Source of the DNA: Rhina ancylostomus
Lineage: Eukaryota
NCBI GenBank assembly: GCA_030265395.1
Contig: JARFYF010000119.1
Coordinates: 50,257,903-50,321,902, forward strand
DNA: 64,000 nt
Direction of reading: 5' to 3'
Of this stretch, positions 45,356-57,172 are shown in pieces. Below the pieces are notes generated by a model that saw only the letters and a list, made by a program, of their open reading frames with translations, had not been told where the DNA came from and did no database searches. The position numbers and the translations under genes were made by a program. The stretch's first letter is position 1. Every line of letters starts with the position of its first letter.

Positions 45356-47914
45356 ATATTAATTCTGCCTTAGAGCTAGTAGTTCAGATTGTGATCACTT
45401 GAGATGACCTATCATATTTTTCACTTGTAAATTTACTCTCTCTTCAATAGCACAACTTACATCATTTTTAACCAAACATATTTGAAGTCTTGTTCTCAGT
45501 GGTTACTCTGGTTGCATTTTAGGGATGAATACAACAATATGAGTTGGAAAGTCACCCAATGCTTAGAAATCAGGCCCAAGCTGCGTAAACTCCTCGTTAA
45601 CCTGTTGTATGTGCATTTCCCAACTAGAAAGGGAAGGGATTGGATGGGAAAGGACTACGGACCTGTGGAGAACTGGTCCACAGGTTCCACATGGTAGATT
45701 GGGGAAAAGGAATTCCAGCAATGATTTGCAGGAGAGAAGAGACGAAGAAGACCTAAACCAGTCTAGTGAACACCAAAAGGCACTGCTTCTGCTCTCGGCC
45801 GAATAAAAAGGTGAAAACTTTACATTCAGTCAGTCATTGCATACCATTTTTATCTGACTTGATTCAGTCTAGTACAAAGGCTTCTCTACCAAGGCCAGAG
45901 TTAAAAGTATACTATTTTCACTTTCATATTTTAAAAAAATCCCTGTTGACTAAGCTAACCCAATTAAAACTGGCAATTTGAGTTTCCTGCCTGCTTTCTG
46001 CCAAGTGTATAGGTTTAAAATTTCCCATTATATTATATTAAATACTAAGATAATAATCCAGCACTGTCAAGATAAAGCATGAGTAGTTAGTCTGCCCTCA
46101 TAAAATTATAATAAGGTATTTTCTATAATTTTAGATTGAGGAAATTATAACTAATTTATAGCTGCCAGTTACAAATTATATTAATGCTGGCAGTGTTATA
46201 CTATCAATCATTCTAAATAAGCAGCTGTTGGGAATAATCAATACCTGGCCTTGATGAGCTGAACACTGCATATGTTCAACAGTGCCTCATAAGGACAACT
46301 GAGGCTTTAGGCTGACGAGCTTAAGGTAACCTTCACTGATGGAGCCCTTTCTACACGTGCCAGCTATTTTGCAAATCTAATCAACTATTGATGAGAGCTT
46401 CACAGACATCAAATTCAATACAATTTTAATTAAAAGTGAGCACCCATGGTGTTTACTCGTGAATTCAATTTTTTATCGAAACATTTTAAAGTATTCACAA
46501 GTCACAAAGAATGATTCTAATTCACCAGTTCAACTTAATGTTAATAATCATTTACAGGTTGAACATGGTGGACTTTGTTATTTTCCTATTTCAGTATAAT
46601 GAACATAATATAGATGTTTTCAGAGTGAACAATATCACATAAAATCTGTACATAAGGTATGCTATCAAAACACTTTCAGTTCTATTGGGAAGTCAATTAA
46701 AGATGCAGTTTTTTCATTCATTCAGCTAATGAAGATATTGTTGGCAAGGCTAGTAATCATTTATGTGCACATTGGCATTGCTGAATCTGCTGATAGAAAT
46801 GACACTTCTAAACTAAAGGGAATACATTAATATTTAACATTGCAAGGTCTTAATTACTGTAACCAAGATCTGACCTGAAAATACTGGCACTTTACATCTG
46901 GCTTAAAATACTACATAACTACCCCATGAGGAAAACAATGACAGAGATTTTTCCATCTACATTAACTCGACAGTGGCCTTACTTTGGAAAATTATCTTAA
47001 TTGATACATATAACATTCTTCCATTGGTAATGTAATTTTACATTGCTGTTAGTTACTAGATTATACAAAACTGAAATTTGCAATTAGAAAAATAACAGCA
47101 AATTCCTACCTAAGTCCCTAAGCTCCAGAGAAAGGTGTGTATGCTTTGCAACAAAGGCAGTGCCCAAAATCTGGCCTCTCACCTGTATTGCTATATTATT
47201 TATGCATATATAACAGGGAGCAGTATTAGTCACATTTATGTTGAGAGTAAGATCTGAACCAATATTTTCAATGGGAGTAGATCCCTGTCAAAAGTCTGGT
47301 GGGGCAAAACTTCTACTTGCCAATCACAAGTAAACTGAGACCAGCAAGCATACTTCTCCAATGATCTGAAAGTAAAATTATATATAACTTTTAAGTGTAT
47401 GTTACTAATATTAGGTATTAAGTAGCTGATTATAATGGTCTCTGAAATATAGGTTCAGATTTGTGCTCTCGAATATTGCAGTGTTTCTATATGCAGGGCG
47501 AGCTGACATTCTGTTAGACAGGAAAGTCGTGTGATGTGCCTGTTTTGTAACAATGACTGGAATGCCCATTCTGCAGCAGGTATTTGAAGCAGCACAGATA
47601 TAAATTAAGTCCCTTGCCTTGAAAATAAAACTGTGCTTTAGTAAACCGGTGAAAATATTGTAATTAGCAAATAAGGATTGGATTTTCAGGATTGTTGATG
47701 GACATTGATTACTCACATTTGACAAGTTCAGTGAATTTGTGGAAGTCAAGCTGATATTGTGCCATGTTTCTTCATGGTCACTTGCATGGAGTTTAATTTG
47801 TCAAGGCAGCCAAGTTTATCGATGGGAGTACACAGCATGGAAGCTGCAGCAGCAAGCAGCAAGAGTTGACCGAACAAGTTTATCCATGTCCCTGTTGAAT
47901 AGGCTTCACTTTTT

Positions 47915-48640
47915 TCATAGGTAGTCCCTCGGGTTTGAAGATGAATTGCTTCCATTGAGGTCTGTGAGTTATAAGGTGGCTGATGAAACCAATGTGAGGC
48001 CTACAGCCTCTATGACATGGGGATAGGAGGTGCCTGATAGACTGAGCAGGTAGGCACTGTGGGAAGTGGTGCACTCCTGCCATTTGTACTGGGCTTCTGT
48101 GCGCTCCTGAGACATACGCCCAAAGTTCTCCATGCTGTCCTGAATGCTAGTTCTCTGCTTTATTCAGTCATGAGCCAGGGGTTCTACTGAGTCCACACGG
48201 ATCCATTTCTTCAAGGAAGTTTTGAGAAAATCCTAGAGACTCTTACACTGNNNNNNNNNNNNNNNNNNNNNNNNNNNNNNNNNNNNNNNNNNNNNNNNNN
48301 NNNNNNNNNNNNNNNNNNNNNNNNNNNNNNNNNNNNNNNNNNNNNNNNNNAAGTTTTGAGAACATCCTTGAGTCTCTTCCTCTGTTCACCTGGTAATCTC
48401 TTCCTATGAAATAATTCCAAGTGCCTGCTTCAGCAGTGTGGGATTAGGCATGGGAATGACATGCCCTGCTCATTAGAGCCAACGGAATATAATTAGACTG
48501 TTAATACTGAGATTTTTCCTGAAAGAGGCCCCTTACCCTCCAGTGGATTTGGCATAATTTACAGAGAAGACAGTGGAAGTACCCCCCCAATGCTTTCAGA
48601 TTCCTGCTATAGGTAATCCATGACTCAGAAGTGTCATCTG
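47915..48640 (-). mobile_element. RTE-clade LINE 3' portion
   Basis: ELFHRKRLPGEQRKRLKDVLK (~ELxxGKRxxGxQRKRFKDxLK) and the C-terminal CxRxCRPHIGFISHLITH motif. Confidence 0.85.
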
Positions 48641-49349
48641 GATCATCTGATCTCTGTTAGAAATGAACTGGGAGGGGAATGATTGGATCGTGAAGTTGTG
48701 TTCAAGTTACATTCAGTGAAGACTTTAACAAGGAAACTAGCAAATGTAAAAAAGTCTGAACAATAATAGAACTTTAATTCAGATCCACAGCTGAACAATC
48801 TGAAAGTTTATTCAAACACCAAATCTACTGAGGGGATGAGGAAGGCCCCAAAAGCCAGTTACTAGTCTAGAGTTGCAACTGCCTGTCATTAAATGTGTAT
48901 GTTGATAAGTTTCTTGTACCTCACTGTTTAAGGAGTAAAATGGGAGGTGCAGTGTCTCTATATACGGGGTTATTCTGTGATTCTATTGAATAGCCAAGTC
49001 ATGTAACATGTGAACTTTGTAACAAATTAACAATGACTGGAGCACTTCATCTGCAGCAGGCACTTGAAGAATTAACATGGATATGGATTAAGTTAAGTGT
49101 TTTTCAAAAAAAATTACCTAATTTAATGTCTATATTCTGATGTTATGATGTAATTGTAATGACATTGTACCCTTTGTAGGTTATGACCAGTTTATCTGTT
49201 GCTCTATATATATGACTGCCTTAGCATCTGTCAAAATTGTGGTCTGATATTTGAGAACTAAATTACTTCCTATCTTTGACCATTTTTTGAAAATGTTTGT
49301 CTCCTGTGACAATATACAGCTGATTTTTGAAATTTATTCTTCTTGTTTT

Positions 49350-49530
49350 GCGGCAAGTGCATGATTGACAAGGCCAGGATTTATTGGCCACCACTAATCA
49401 TTCTTGAGAAGATGGTCCACTGGAGTCTTTCCAGCACTACTCCCCTCATATTTTTAGGCAGTCAATTCTAGGACTTAGGCCCTGCAATGATGAAGGAAAC
49501 ATGATTTATTTCCAGGTTAAGATGGTGAGC
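49350..49530 (-). mobile_element. Older LINE family 3' end
   Basis: TGACAAGGCCAGGATTTATTGGCCACCACTAATCATTCTTGAGAAGATGG. Confidence 0.65.
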
Positions 49531-50023
49531 CCCAATCTCCACCTTCTTTCCGTGGGAAGCCTGGCCAGAACACTGAGAGAAACCTTTTTCTTTTTCCTTT
49601 ATCTCTGCCTCAGAGGAGCTTGGTTTCTTGTCTCATTCACACCATAGTAACTTTGATGACACATCACTTCTTCAGTCTTGAACTGAATGCCATTAAAAAT
49701 GTTGTTCAAAAATGTTACTTCTTCAATTCTCCCCAGTGTGAGACATGAACTCAAAATCCTTTGAAAGTACTACAGCCAAGGTCATTGAAAGGGCCCCAAG
49801 ATTTAAATCTTTCGATTATTCACACATAAGAACAAACACAGAAGAAAGTTAACAATAAAGTCATTCTGTTGTCACCTGTACTTTGTCACATATGCCATCA
49901 AACCTAACTTAAGATTTATGACTGATAGACCTGGCAAAAAATGAAATGAGAATAGAAGTTTTAAGGAAAAACTTGTATCTGCTGGTCAGTGAATGAAAAC
50001 TTCATCCTGAGGGGATTTTTTAA

Positions 50024-50320
50024 ATAAGATATCTTTATTAGTCACATGTACATCGAAACACACAGTGAAATACATCCTTTTGCGTAGAGTGTTCTGGGGG
50101 CAGCCCGCAATTGTCACCACGCTTCCAGCGCCAACATAGCAGGCCCACAACTTCCTAACCCGTACGTCTTTGGAATGTGGGAGGAAACCGGAGCAACCGG
50201 AGGAAACCCACGCAGACACGGGGAGAATGTACAAACTCCTTACAGACAGCGGCCAGAATTGAACCTGGGTTGTCGGCGCTGTAATAGCGTCACGCTAACT
50301 GCTACACTACCGTGCCTGCC
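50024..50320 (-). mobile_element. Young V-SINE with Rex1-like tail, full length
   Basis: Head near-identical to 2016-2176 and still CpG-rich; tail TTTCACTGTGTGTTTCGATGTACATGTGACTAATAAAGATATCTTAT. Confidence 0.93.
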
Positions 50321-50415
50321 CAGAGGAAGAGACAGATAAATGTTTTGGTTATTAAGAATATCACTGGGTATGGGTTCAGTGCAGAAGAATGGAGCTGAGG
50401 GCAAAGATCAGCCAT

Positions 50416-50720
50416 GGGCGACAGAAAGTGCCGCTGCCTCACATCTCCAGTAACACAGGTTCGATCCTGACCTCTGGTACTGTCTATGTGGAGTTTGCAC
50501 ATTGTCCCAGGATCTACTGGGTTTCCTCCTGCAAGCTTGTGTGCTGTTTGGCTACTGTAAGTCACCCTCAGTGAAAGTGGATGGTGGGAGGACCGCTGAG
50601 ATATTAAAGAGCATGTGAGAGAGAATAAGTTATAGAGGATCGGATGGCTGGGATATCTCTGAGTGCTGGCTTGGACTCGATGGATTGAATAGCCTATATC
50701 GTAAGGAATCGTGGGCTTAT
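50416..50720 (+). mobile_element. HE1-type V-SINE
   Basis: GCTGCCTCAC...GGTTCGATCCTGACCTCTGG...GTGGAGTTTGCACA...GGGTTTCCTCC...GACTCGATGGATTGAATAGCC. Confidence 0.8.
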
Positions 50721-51094
50721 TGAATGTCAGAGCAGACACAATGGGCTGTTTCTATACATTCAAGAGTTCATTCCCTTCTAATCTGCTCCACACAATACAT
50801 GTACAAAACCAGTGACTGGGTCAAGAGAGCTGTACATTGCCAGATGAAAATTAATTACGTGCTGGAGAAATGCAAAAGCCAAAAAACTGGATGGGAGGGA
50901 ACAGACTCAAGGCTGAGACACCCATATGGCATTAACATTATAGCCCATTAACCAGCGCTGTTTCCAGCCTGTGGTTTCTTAGAGTGCTTGGTGCCAACTT
51001 TGGTAACTTGATAGGACCCAAAGCTTGGCCCTGGGTTATTAATTGAGAAGGATTCTTCCCCGTTAGTATGTCACAAGTATTACTGCTGCTTCAC

Positions 51095-51200
51095 ACTCTC
51101 AGGCTTTTGTATCTTCTTCCTGACGGGAGAGAGGAGAGGAGAGGAGAGAATGTCTGCGGTGGGTGGGGTCTTTGATTACGTTGGCTGCTTTCCCGAGCAA
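51095..51200 (-). mobile_element. Rex1/Babar fragment
   Basis: CTCTCAGGCTTTTGTATCTTCTTCCTGACGGGAGAG...GTCTTTGATTA, homologous to 29280-29365. Confidence 0.85.
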
Positions 51201-51426
51201 GTGTGGTTCAAAATGATTTGTCTTAATATCTGTTTTAAATTGGCTGTGCTGGATTTTAAATAACTAGCTCATTGCTTTGTGTGATTCATCTCTGCATCAC
51301 AGATTTTGGCTTTAACTCGAAATGCCTTTCTCATTGTCAGTGGAGTCATTCTTTTGGCTCGGGTGCTCTTGATGGGAGGGAGAGCACTGAAGGGCTCTGT
51401 GGTGCATTGTCAGTGGGAGGGCCAGT

Positions 51427-51773
51427 ATTAGTAATTGGTTTATTATTGTCACATGCACCGAGATACAGTGAAAAGCTTTTGTTTTGTGCAGCATCCAGGC
51501 AGATCATGCCACACATGATTACATCGAGGTAGTAAAAAGAAAACAGAATGCAGAATATAATGTTACAGTTACAGAGAAAGTGCAGTGCAGGGAGACAATA
51601 AGGTGCAAGGGGTAGACTGGGAGATCAAGAGTTCATCCTTCAGCGAATGAGAGGTCCATTCAAGAGTCTGATCACAGTGGGATGGAAGCTGTCCTTGAGC
51701 CTGGTGGTACATGCTCTCAGGCTTTTGTATCTTCTGCCTGAAGGGAGGGGGAGAAGAGAGAATGACCGGGGTG
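51427..51773 (-). mobile_element. Rex1/Babar LINE 3' end
   Basis: LPSGRRYKSLRACTTRLKDSFHPTVIRLLN; tail TTTTCACTGTATCTCGGTGCATGTGACAATAATAAACC. Confidence 0.92.
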
Positions 51774-51775
51774 GT

Positions 51776-52102
51776 AGAACACAGAACACTACAGCACAGA
51801 GCAGGCCCTTCAGTCCACAATGTTGTGCCAACATTTATCCTGCTCTAAGATCTATCTATACCTTCCTTCCCACATAGCCCCCTATTTTTCTATCATTCAT
51901 GTGTCTATCTAAGAGTCTCTTAAATGTCCCTGATGTATCTGCCCCCACAATTTCTGCTGACAGTGTTTACCACACACTCACCACTCTCTGTGTAAAAAAC
52001 TTACCCTGATATCCCCCTTATACCTTCCTCCAATCACCTTAAAATTATGTCCTCTCGTGTTAGCCACTGTCGCCCTGGGAAAAAGTCTCTGACTGTCCAC
52101 TC
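51776..52102 (-). mobile_element. HER1/CR1 3' end
   Basis: RVDSQRLFPRATVANTRGHNFKVIGGRYKGD plus the reverse tail. Confidence 0.95.
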
Positions 52103-52113
52103 GTGGGAAGATG

Positions 52114-52400
52114 CTACTGGATGGAGAGAGGGGAAAAGGTGCACAAGGATTCCTGAAGAAATTCAACATCCCCACTTACTCCTGGAAATGTCTGCCCATG
52201 TGAAGAAGCAGCTTTTGGCACTGCATTGAGAACATCAAGATCATGCATCAGGAGCACAGTGGTGGAAGGAGTGCACCCCCACCAATCTGTCCCAACATCC
52301 ACCTCCTGCCCCATCTGTGGAGGAGTCTGCAGTGATCACACCCATGTTACGTTCAATGTTATAGTCACACCCACAACATGGGTAAATAAACCAGTGTATT
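52114..52400 (+). mobile_element. RTE-clade LINE 3' end, decayed
   Basis: TSCPICGGVCS zinc-knuckle-like end; homologous to 47915-48250 in opposite orientation. Confidence 0.65.
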
Positions 52401-53370
52401 AAAACCCCTGGACAACAGGCTGAAATATAACAAGACTGTGCTTGTGACAACAAGTGAGACTTGTGTAACATTGATTATCAGAACGGCAAACTCTGAACTG
52501 ACTGCAGCAATTCCTATTCCGCCAACTGACAAGTTTAAATCAAAACAGAGGAGCTCACCTTCCAATACTTATTAAACTCGCATGATCTTAAATCAAAATT
52601 GATGTTCCTTCTATTTTTTTAAGGTTAATCATATTTGGTGGGTAGTATTGAATTAAATGTGAAAGGATATAGATTTATGACTCATTTTCCATTAGCAGAA
52701 ATTCCATCAAACTACATTATGCTGATATGTGCACATTTTGGAACCCAACATTTTCAATTTTATACTTTAATTTTTGCTCCAAGCTCCAAAACATTACAGA
52801 GTGAATGTTGTTCTGTTCTGGTGGAACAGAGGATGGTCAAATATTATGACCCAATCAGTATAACTCAATATTGTCACTGGGACTCCTTTGTTAGTGGGGA
52901 TGAGACCTTGGGAGACTTGAACCTTCAATAACTGCTAGATAATTGGGTGCACAGTACCTCCTGCAATTTCAGACCTTGTTCTCACACCAACAAAGACTAT
53001 GCTTTAGTAATAAAATTGCAGGGTAGCATCTACACTACAGAAACGCAATAAGGACAATCTTTTCCATGCTGGTATTCATGCTCCACATGAATTCCTTTAT
53101 CCCATCAGCAAAGTCTTTACATTCATTTTATCCAGCTGCCCCTTAAATTGCCTTTTGAGTTTCAACAAGCTGACTTTGGAGTAAGGTCACTACTCCAATT
53201 CAAGAGACTTCCTGAAGCATTTGGTATCTACAATGGTTCTTGATGAACAAATGATCATTCCTGTATGATGGTAACACACTGTTCCACTTAACCACCACTT
53301 GCTCATACACCCCCACCCCCCCAACTTCAGTGGCTCTAAGCTGCCCAACTACACACCCTACATGCTCCAT

Positions 53371-53504
53371 AGAACTCTAGTTAGACCACACTTGGGAGTA
53401 TTGTGTTCAGTTCTGGTCACCTCATTGTAGGAAGGACATGGAAGCTTTAGAGAGGGTGCAGAGGAGATTTACCAGGATGCTGCCTGGATTGGAGAGCATG
53501 TCTT
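53371..53504 (+). mobile_element. HER1/CR1 fragment
   Basis: [32 protein letters not shown]. Confidence 0.93.
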
Positions 53505-53624
53505 ANNNNNNNNNNNNNNNNNNNNNNNNNNNNNNNNNNNNNNNNNNNNNNNNNNNNNNNNNNNNNNNNNNNNNNNNNNNNNNNNNNNNNNNNNNNNNNN
53601 NNNNNTCCAATCCTCATCACAGAT

Positions 53625-53770
53625 GGCTTCTAATCCAGGTAGCATCATGGTAAACCTGCACCATTTTCAAAGCTTTGACATCCTTCCTATAATGGGGTGA
53701 CCAGAACTGAATGCAGTACTCCAGATGGAGCCTAACTAAAGTTTTATAAAGCTGCAGTATAACTTCCTGA
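53625..53770 (-). mobile_element. HER1/CR1 fragment, same segment inverted
   Basis: Reverse complement LQLYKTLVRLHLEYCIQFWSPHYRKDVKAL. Confidence 0.9.
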
Positions 53771-53809
53771 TCAAGAATTCCTATGAGTCATTGAGGATAT
53801 TACAATTTT

Positions 53810-54460
53810 TGAGGATGTCCTTAAAGCATCTACTTTGTCCTTCCAGAAATCTCATACCTTAATCAAGCTTACAGTAGAGTGCTTGTTTTGGGAATCTGGT
53901 GTCAGGTATGTGGACAAAGTCGCCTGGTTGAACAGGATCAGAGCCTTAATGTTGGAAATGTTGGCCTGAGAGAGGACACCAGAATTGGTTCACCTATATT
54001 TCCAGTGGATCTGGGGGCTTTTGGGTAGATGGAGCTGTTGGAAGTGCCTGCTGTAAGTAAACTATATCTCCAGAGGATGGAGATCACTGCTGCTCATTCA
54101 ACCATAACCTTGGCGGCAAGTTTGAGGTCTTGATCCTTGAATGTTCTTTTCTTCAGCTGGCTAAGGGCTGTGCCAGCATACCGAGACAGTGATTGTGGAT
54201 TTCACCATCAGGTCTACTTTCCCAATGAGGTGGCTGCTGAGAAATGGAAAGTGGTCCCACTTTTCCAGGGTTTTGTCATGGTTGCTCAGGCAGAGTGGTA
54301 TTATACCAGGGGAAGGGGTGGGTTGTGCTAGATTAGTGGATGAGTGTTAAATGTAAAGCTCATCCTTTTGTAAGCTTCAGTACTAGAGCCAATAATGACT
54401 CAGTATAAGGGCCAACTCAGCCTCTGAATGTCCATATGGGCATGCATCATCTGTGTATTG
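53810..54460 (-). mobile_element. RTE-clade LINE fragment
   Basis: Reverse complement shows YLTPDSQNKH / GQSRCFKDIL-like pieces, AAVISIL and IHWKY, matching an RTE C-terminal region. Confidence 0.65.
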
Positions 54461-54689
54461 CAAATTGATGACTAACATTGGGGTGATCTTGGATCTGAAG
54501 TTTAGACATTCAAGGTTGAACAGTTTCTATTTGTGCTGTAGATTAGTTGCCCTCCAATGGGAAGTTTGTTGCAGGGAAAATTGGGAAAACTGTTGGTACC
54601 AGTGGCACAGATCTGAAGGTAAATGAAAGGAATAGCATGAAGGTTAAAATCAATTTACTGGGACAAAGAGTGAGTGGAAATAAACTAAG

Positions 54690-56190
54690 GCATAGACAAC
54701 ACATTTGTGGTGATGTAAGAGAGAACAAGAAGGAAATTAGAAGAAAAAGACATGAAATGGCCTTAACAAGCAAGATTGAGGAGAGTCCCAAAATTTTTTA
54801 CAAGTATATTATAAGCCAGAGGGTAGTTAGGGAAAGAGTATGTTCACTCATGGACTAAAGTGGAACTCTATGTGTGGAGCCAAGGGATATGAGCAGGATT
54901 CAAAATGGATATTTCTCATCTGTATTCACCAGGGAACAGAATGTTGAGGATGGAGAGTTCGGGGTGGGATAGGCTGATATTCTGGAACTTGTCTGTGTCA
55001 GTAAGGAGAGTGTTAAAGAAACTGGCACACTTTAAGGTGGATAAATCCCCAGGGCCGATTGGGAAATATCCCAGTGTGCTATGGGAGCAAGGGAAAGATT
55101 GCTGGAGCTCTAACGGGGATGTTTGCATTTTTGCATGGGTGAGGCACCAAAAGACTGCAGGATAGCTAATGTTTTATCCCCTTATTCAAAAAATGGTAAT
55201 AGGGATAAGCCTGGAAACTACAGGCCAGTTAACCTTACATCCGTATTAGGGAGATTAATGGAGAAAATTCTATAATACAGGATTTATATTTACTTGAAAA
55301 GGCAGGGACTGATTAAGAGAATTCAACATGGTTTTGTGCAAGGAAAATCCTGTCTCATAAACATGACAGATTTTTGAAGGGCTAACTCAGAAAATTAATG
55401 AAGATGGTGCAGTAGACATGATTTATGTGGACTTCAGTAAGTCTTTTGATAAAGCCCTGCTGGTCAAAAGGTTAGGGCAAATGGGATCCGAGATGTGTTG
55501 TCAAATCAGCTTGGTGATTGGAGGCAGAGAGCAGTGGTCAAGGGGTGATTCTTTGATTGGAAACCTCTAACAAGTGGTGTAACACGGGGATCAGTGTGTA
55601 AATTTATAACTGACTTGGATGAGATTGTAGGTGCACTGATTGGTAAGTTTGCTAACAGTGCAAAAGTTGGTGGAGTAGTATATCCATTGGAAAGTTGGAC
55701 AGAGTGGGGGAAGATAGAATTTAATCTAGACAATTTTGGTACATCAAATACTAACAGGACATATACAGTAAATCATAGGGATCTCAGGATGTGGATATAG
55801 AGGGACCTTGAGGTGCAAGTTCATAGCTCATTGAAAATGGTAACACAAATGGATAGGATAGTGAAGAAGGTATTCGGCTTCATTGGCTGAGAGATGGAAT
55901 GTAAGGCTTGGGATGTCATGTTGCAGCTGGACAAAACATTGCGCTGATGCCTCTTGGAATATTGTGAACAGCTCTGATCACCACTCTACAGGAGGGAATG
56001 TGGTAGCATTAGAAAGGGTGCAGAAGAGATTTGCCAGGATGTTGCCTGGAATGGAGGACCTTACTTATAAGGAGAGATTGGATAGGCTGGGTTTATTCTC
56101 ACTGAAATATACAAGGTTAAACAGTGAATTTATTGAGGTTTATAAAATTATGAGGGGTATAGATAGGGTAGAAAGTCAGTTCTCAAAGTG
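54690..56190 (+). mobile_element. HER1/CR1 LINE ORF2 (longest copy, ~1.5 kb, frameshifted)
   Basis: SKIEESPKIFYKYI, KVDKSPGP, GNYRPVNLTS, QHGFVQGKSCL, YVDFSKSFDK, GKFANSAKVGG, LERVQKRFARMLPG. Confidence 0.96.
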
Positions 56191-56367
56191 GAGGAGGTAA
56201 GAAGAGTGGAGACTCAGCTGATCTGCCCAACATTTGCTGCTAGGGTACAGCAGTCTGCCATAACCTCCCAGAGCTGCTGGTCATGCCAGCCCAGAAGTGA
56301 GCCCTGGCTGGTGAGGGCTTCATTCAGGGGATTCATGTCCATTGGGTTCATGGTGGCCAGAGTATTC

Positions 56368-56862
56368 TGTCACAATGTTGATCAAAGAGCAAGCTCACAG
56401 AGAATCCAACTGCAGCACACTGGTACAAGACTGGAGTCAGGATGCTTCCTCAGAACCAAACACAGGCAGCAACTGGAAGGAATCTTGCCTCNNNNNNNNN
56501 NNNNNNNNNNNNNNNNNNNNNNNNNNNNNNNNNNNNNNNNNNNNNNNNNNNNNNNNNNNNNNNNNNNNNNNNNNNNNNNNNNNNNNNNNNNAACTGGAAG
56601 GAATCTTGCCTCAGAGATCTGAGGGCGAGTCCCAACACCAAAACTGGATGTCCTAAGAGGAACAGTGAAACCAGGAGACAAAGTATACCCAAAGGTTGAC
56701 TAATACTCTGGCAGCTAGTGCTCGTGAAACCAGGGCTCTTATGCTAGGTCCTGATGGGGCTCAGGTGTGTGTTGTCAGGCGATTAGTAGTGCATGGACTC
56801 CATGTGCTGCACAACAAGGCATCATCAACGGAGCCGAATCGAGGGTCAGCACTCAGAACCAT
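56368..56862 (-). mobile_element. Solo-LTR-like element (spans a gap; lacks the last ~4 bp at one end)
   Basis: TGTCACAATGTTG...CACTCAGAACCAT, colinear with the reverse of 9543-9949. Confidence 0.8.
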
Positions 56863-57172
56863 CTTCCTAGGCTGGGGAGTCCAGAACTAGAGGATGTGGG
56901 TTTAAAGTGAGAGGGGAGAAATTCAAAGGAAATCTGAGGGACAAGTTTTTCACAGGAAATGGTGGTTACATGGAATGAGCTGCCAGAAGAAGTGGAGGAT
57001 GCAGATACAATTACAATGTTTAAAAGGCATTTGGATAGGTACATGGATAGGAAAGGCATAAGGGGATGTGAGTTTAATGCAGGCAGCTGGGATCAGCATA
57101 GATAAGTATGATGGTTGGCATGGACAAGGTGGGCTGAAGGGCCTGTTCCTGGACTGTATGATTCTATGACTC
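56863..57172 (+). mobile_element. HER1/CR1 3' end
   Basis: GGGGAGTCCAGAACTAGAGG...GGGCTGAAGGGCCTGTTCC...TATGATTCTATGAC. Confidence 0.92.
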
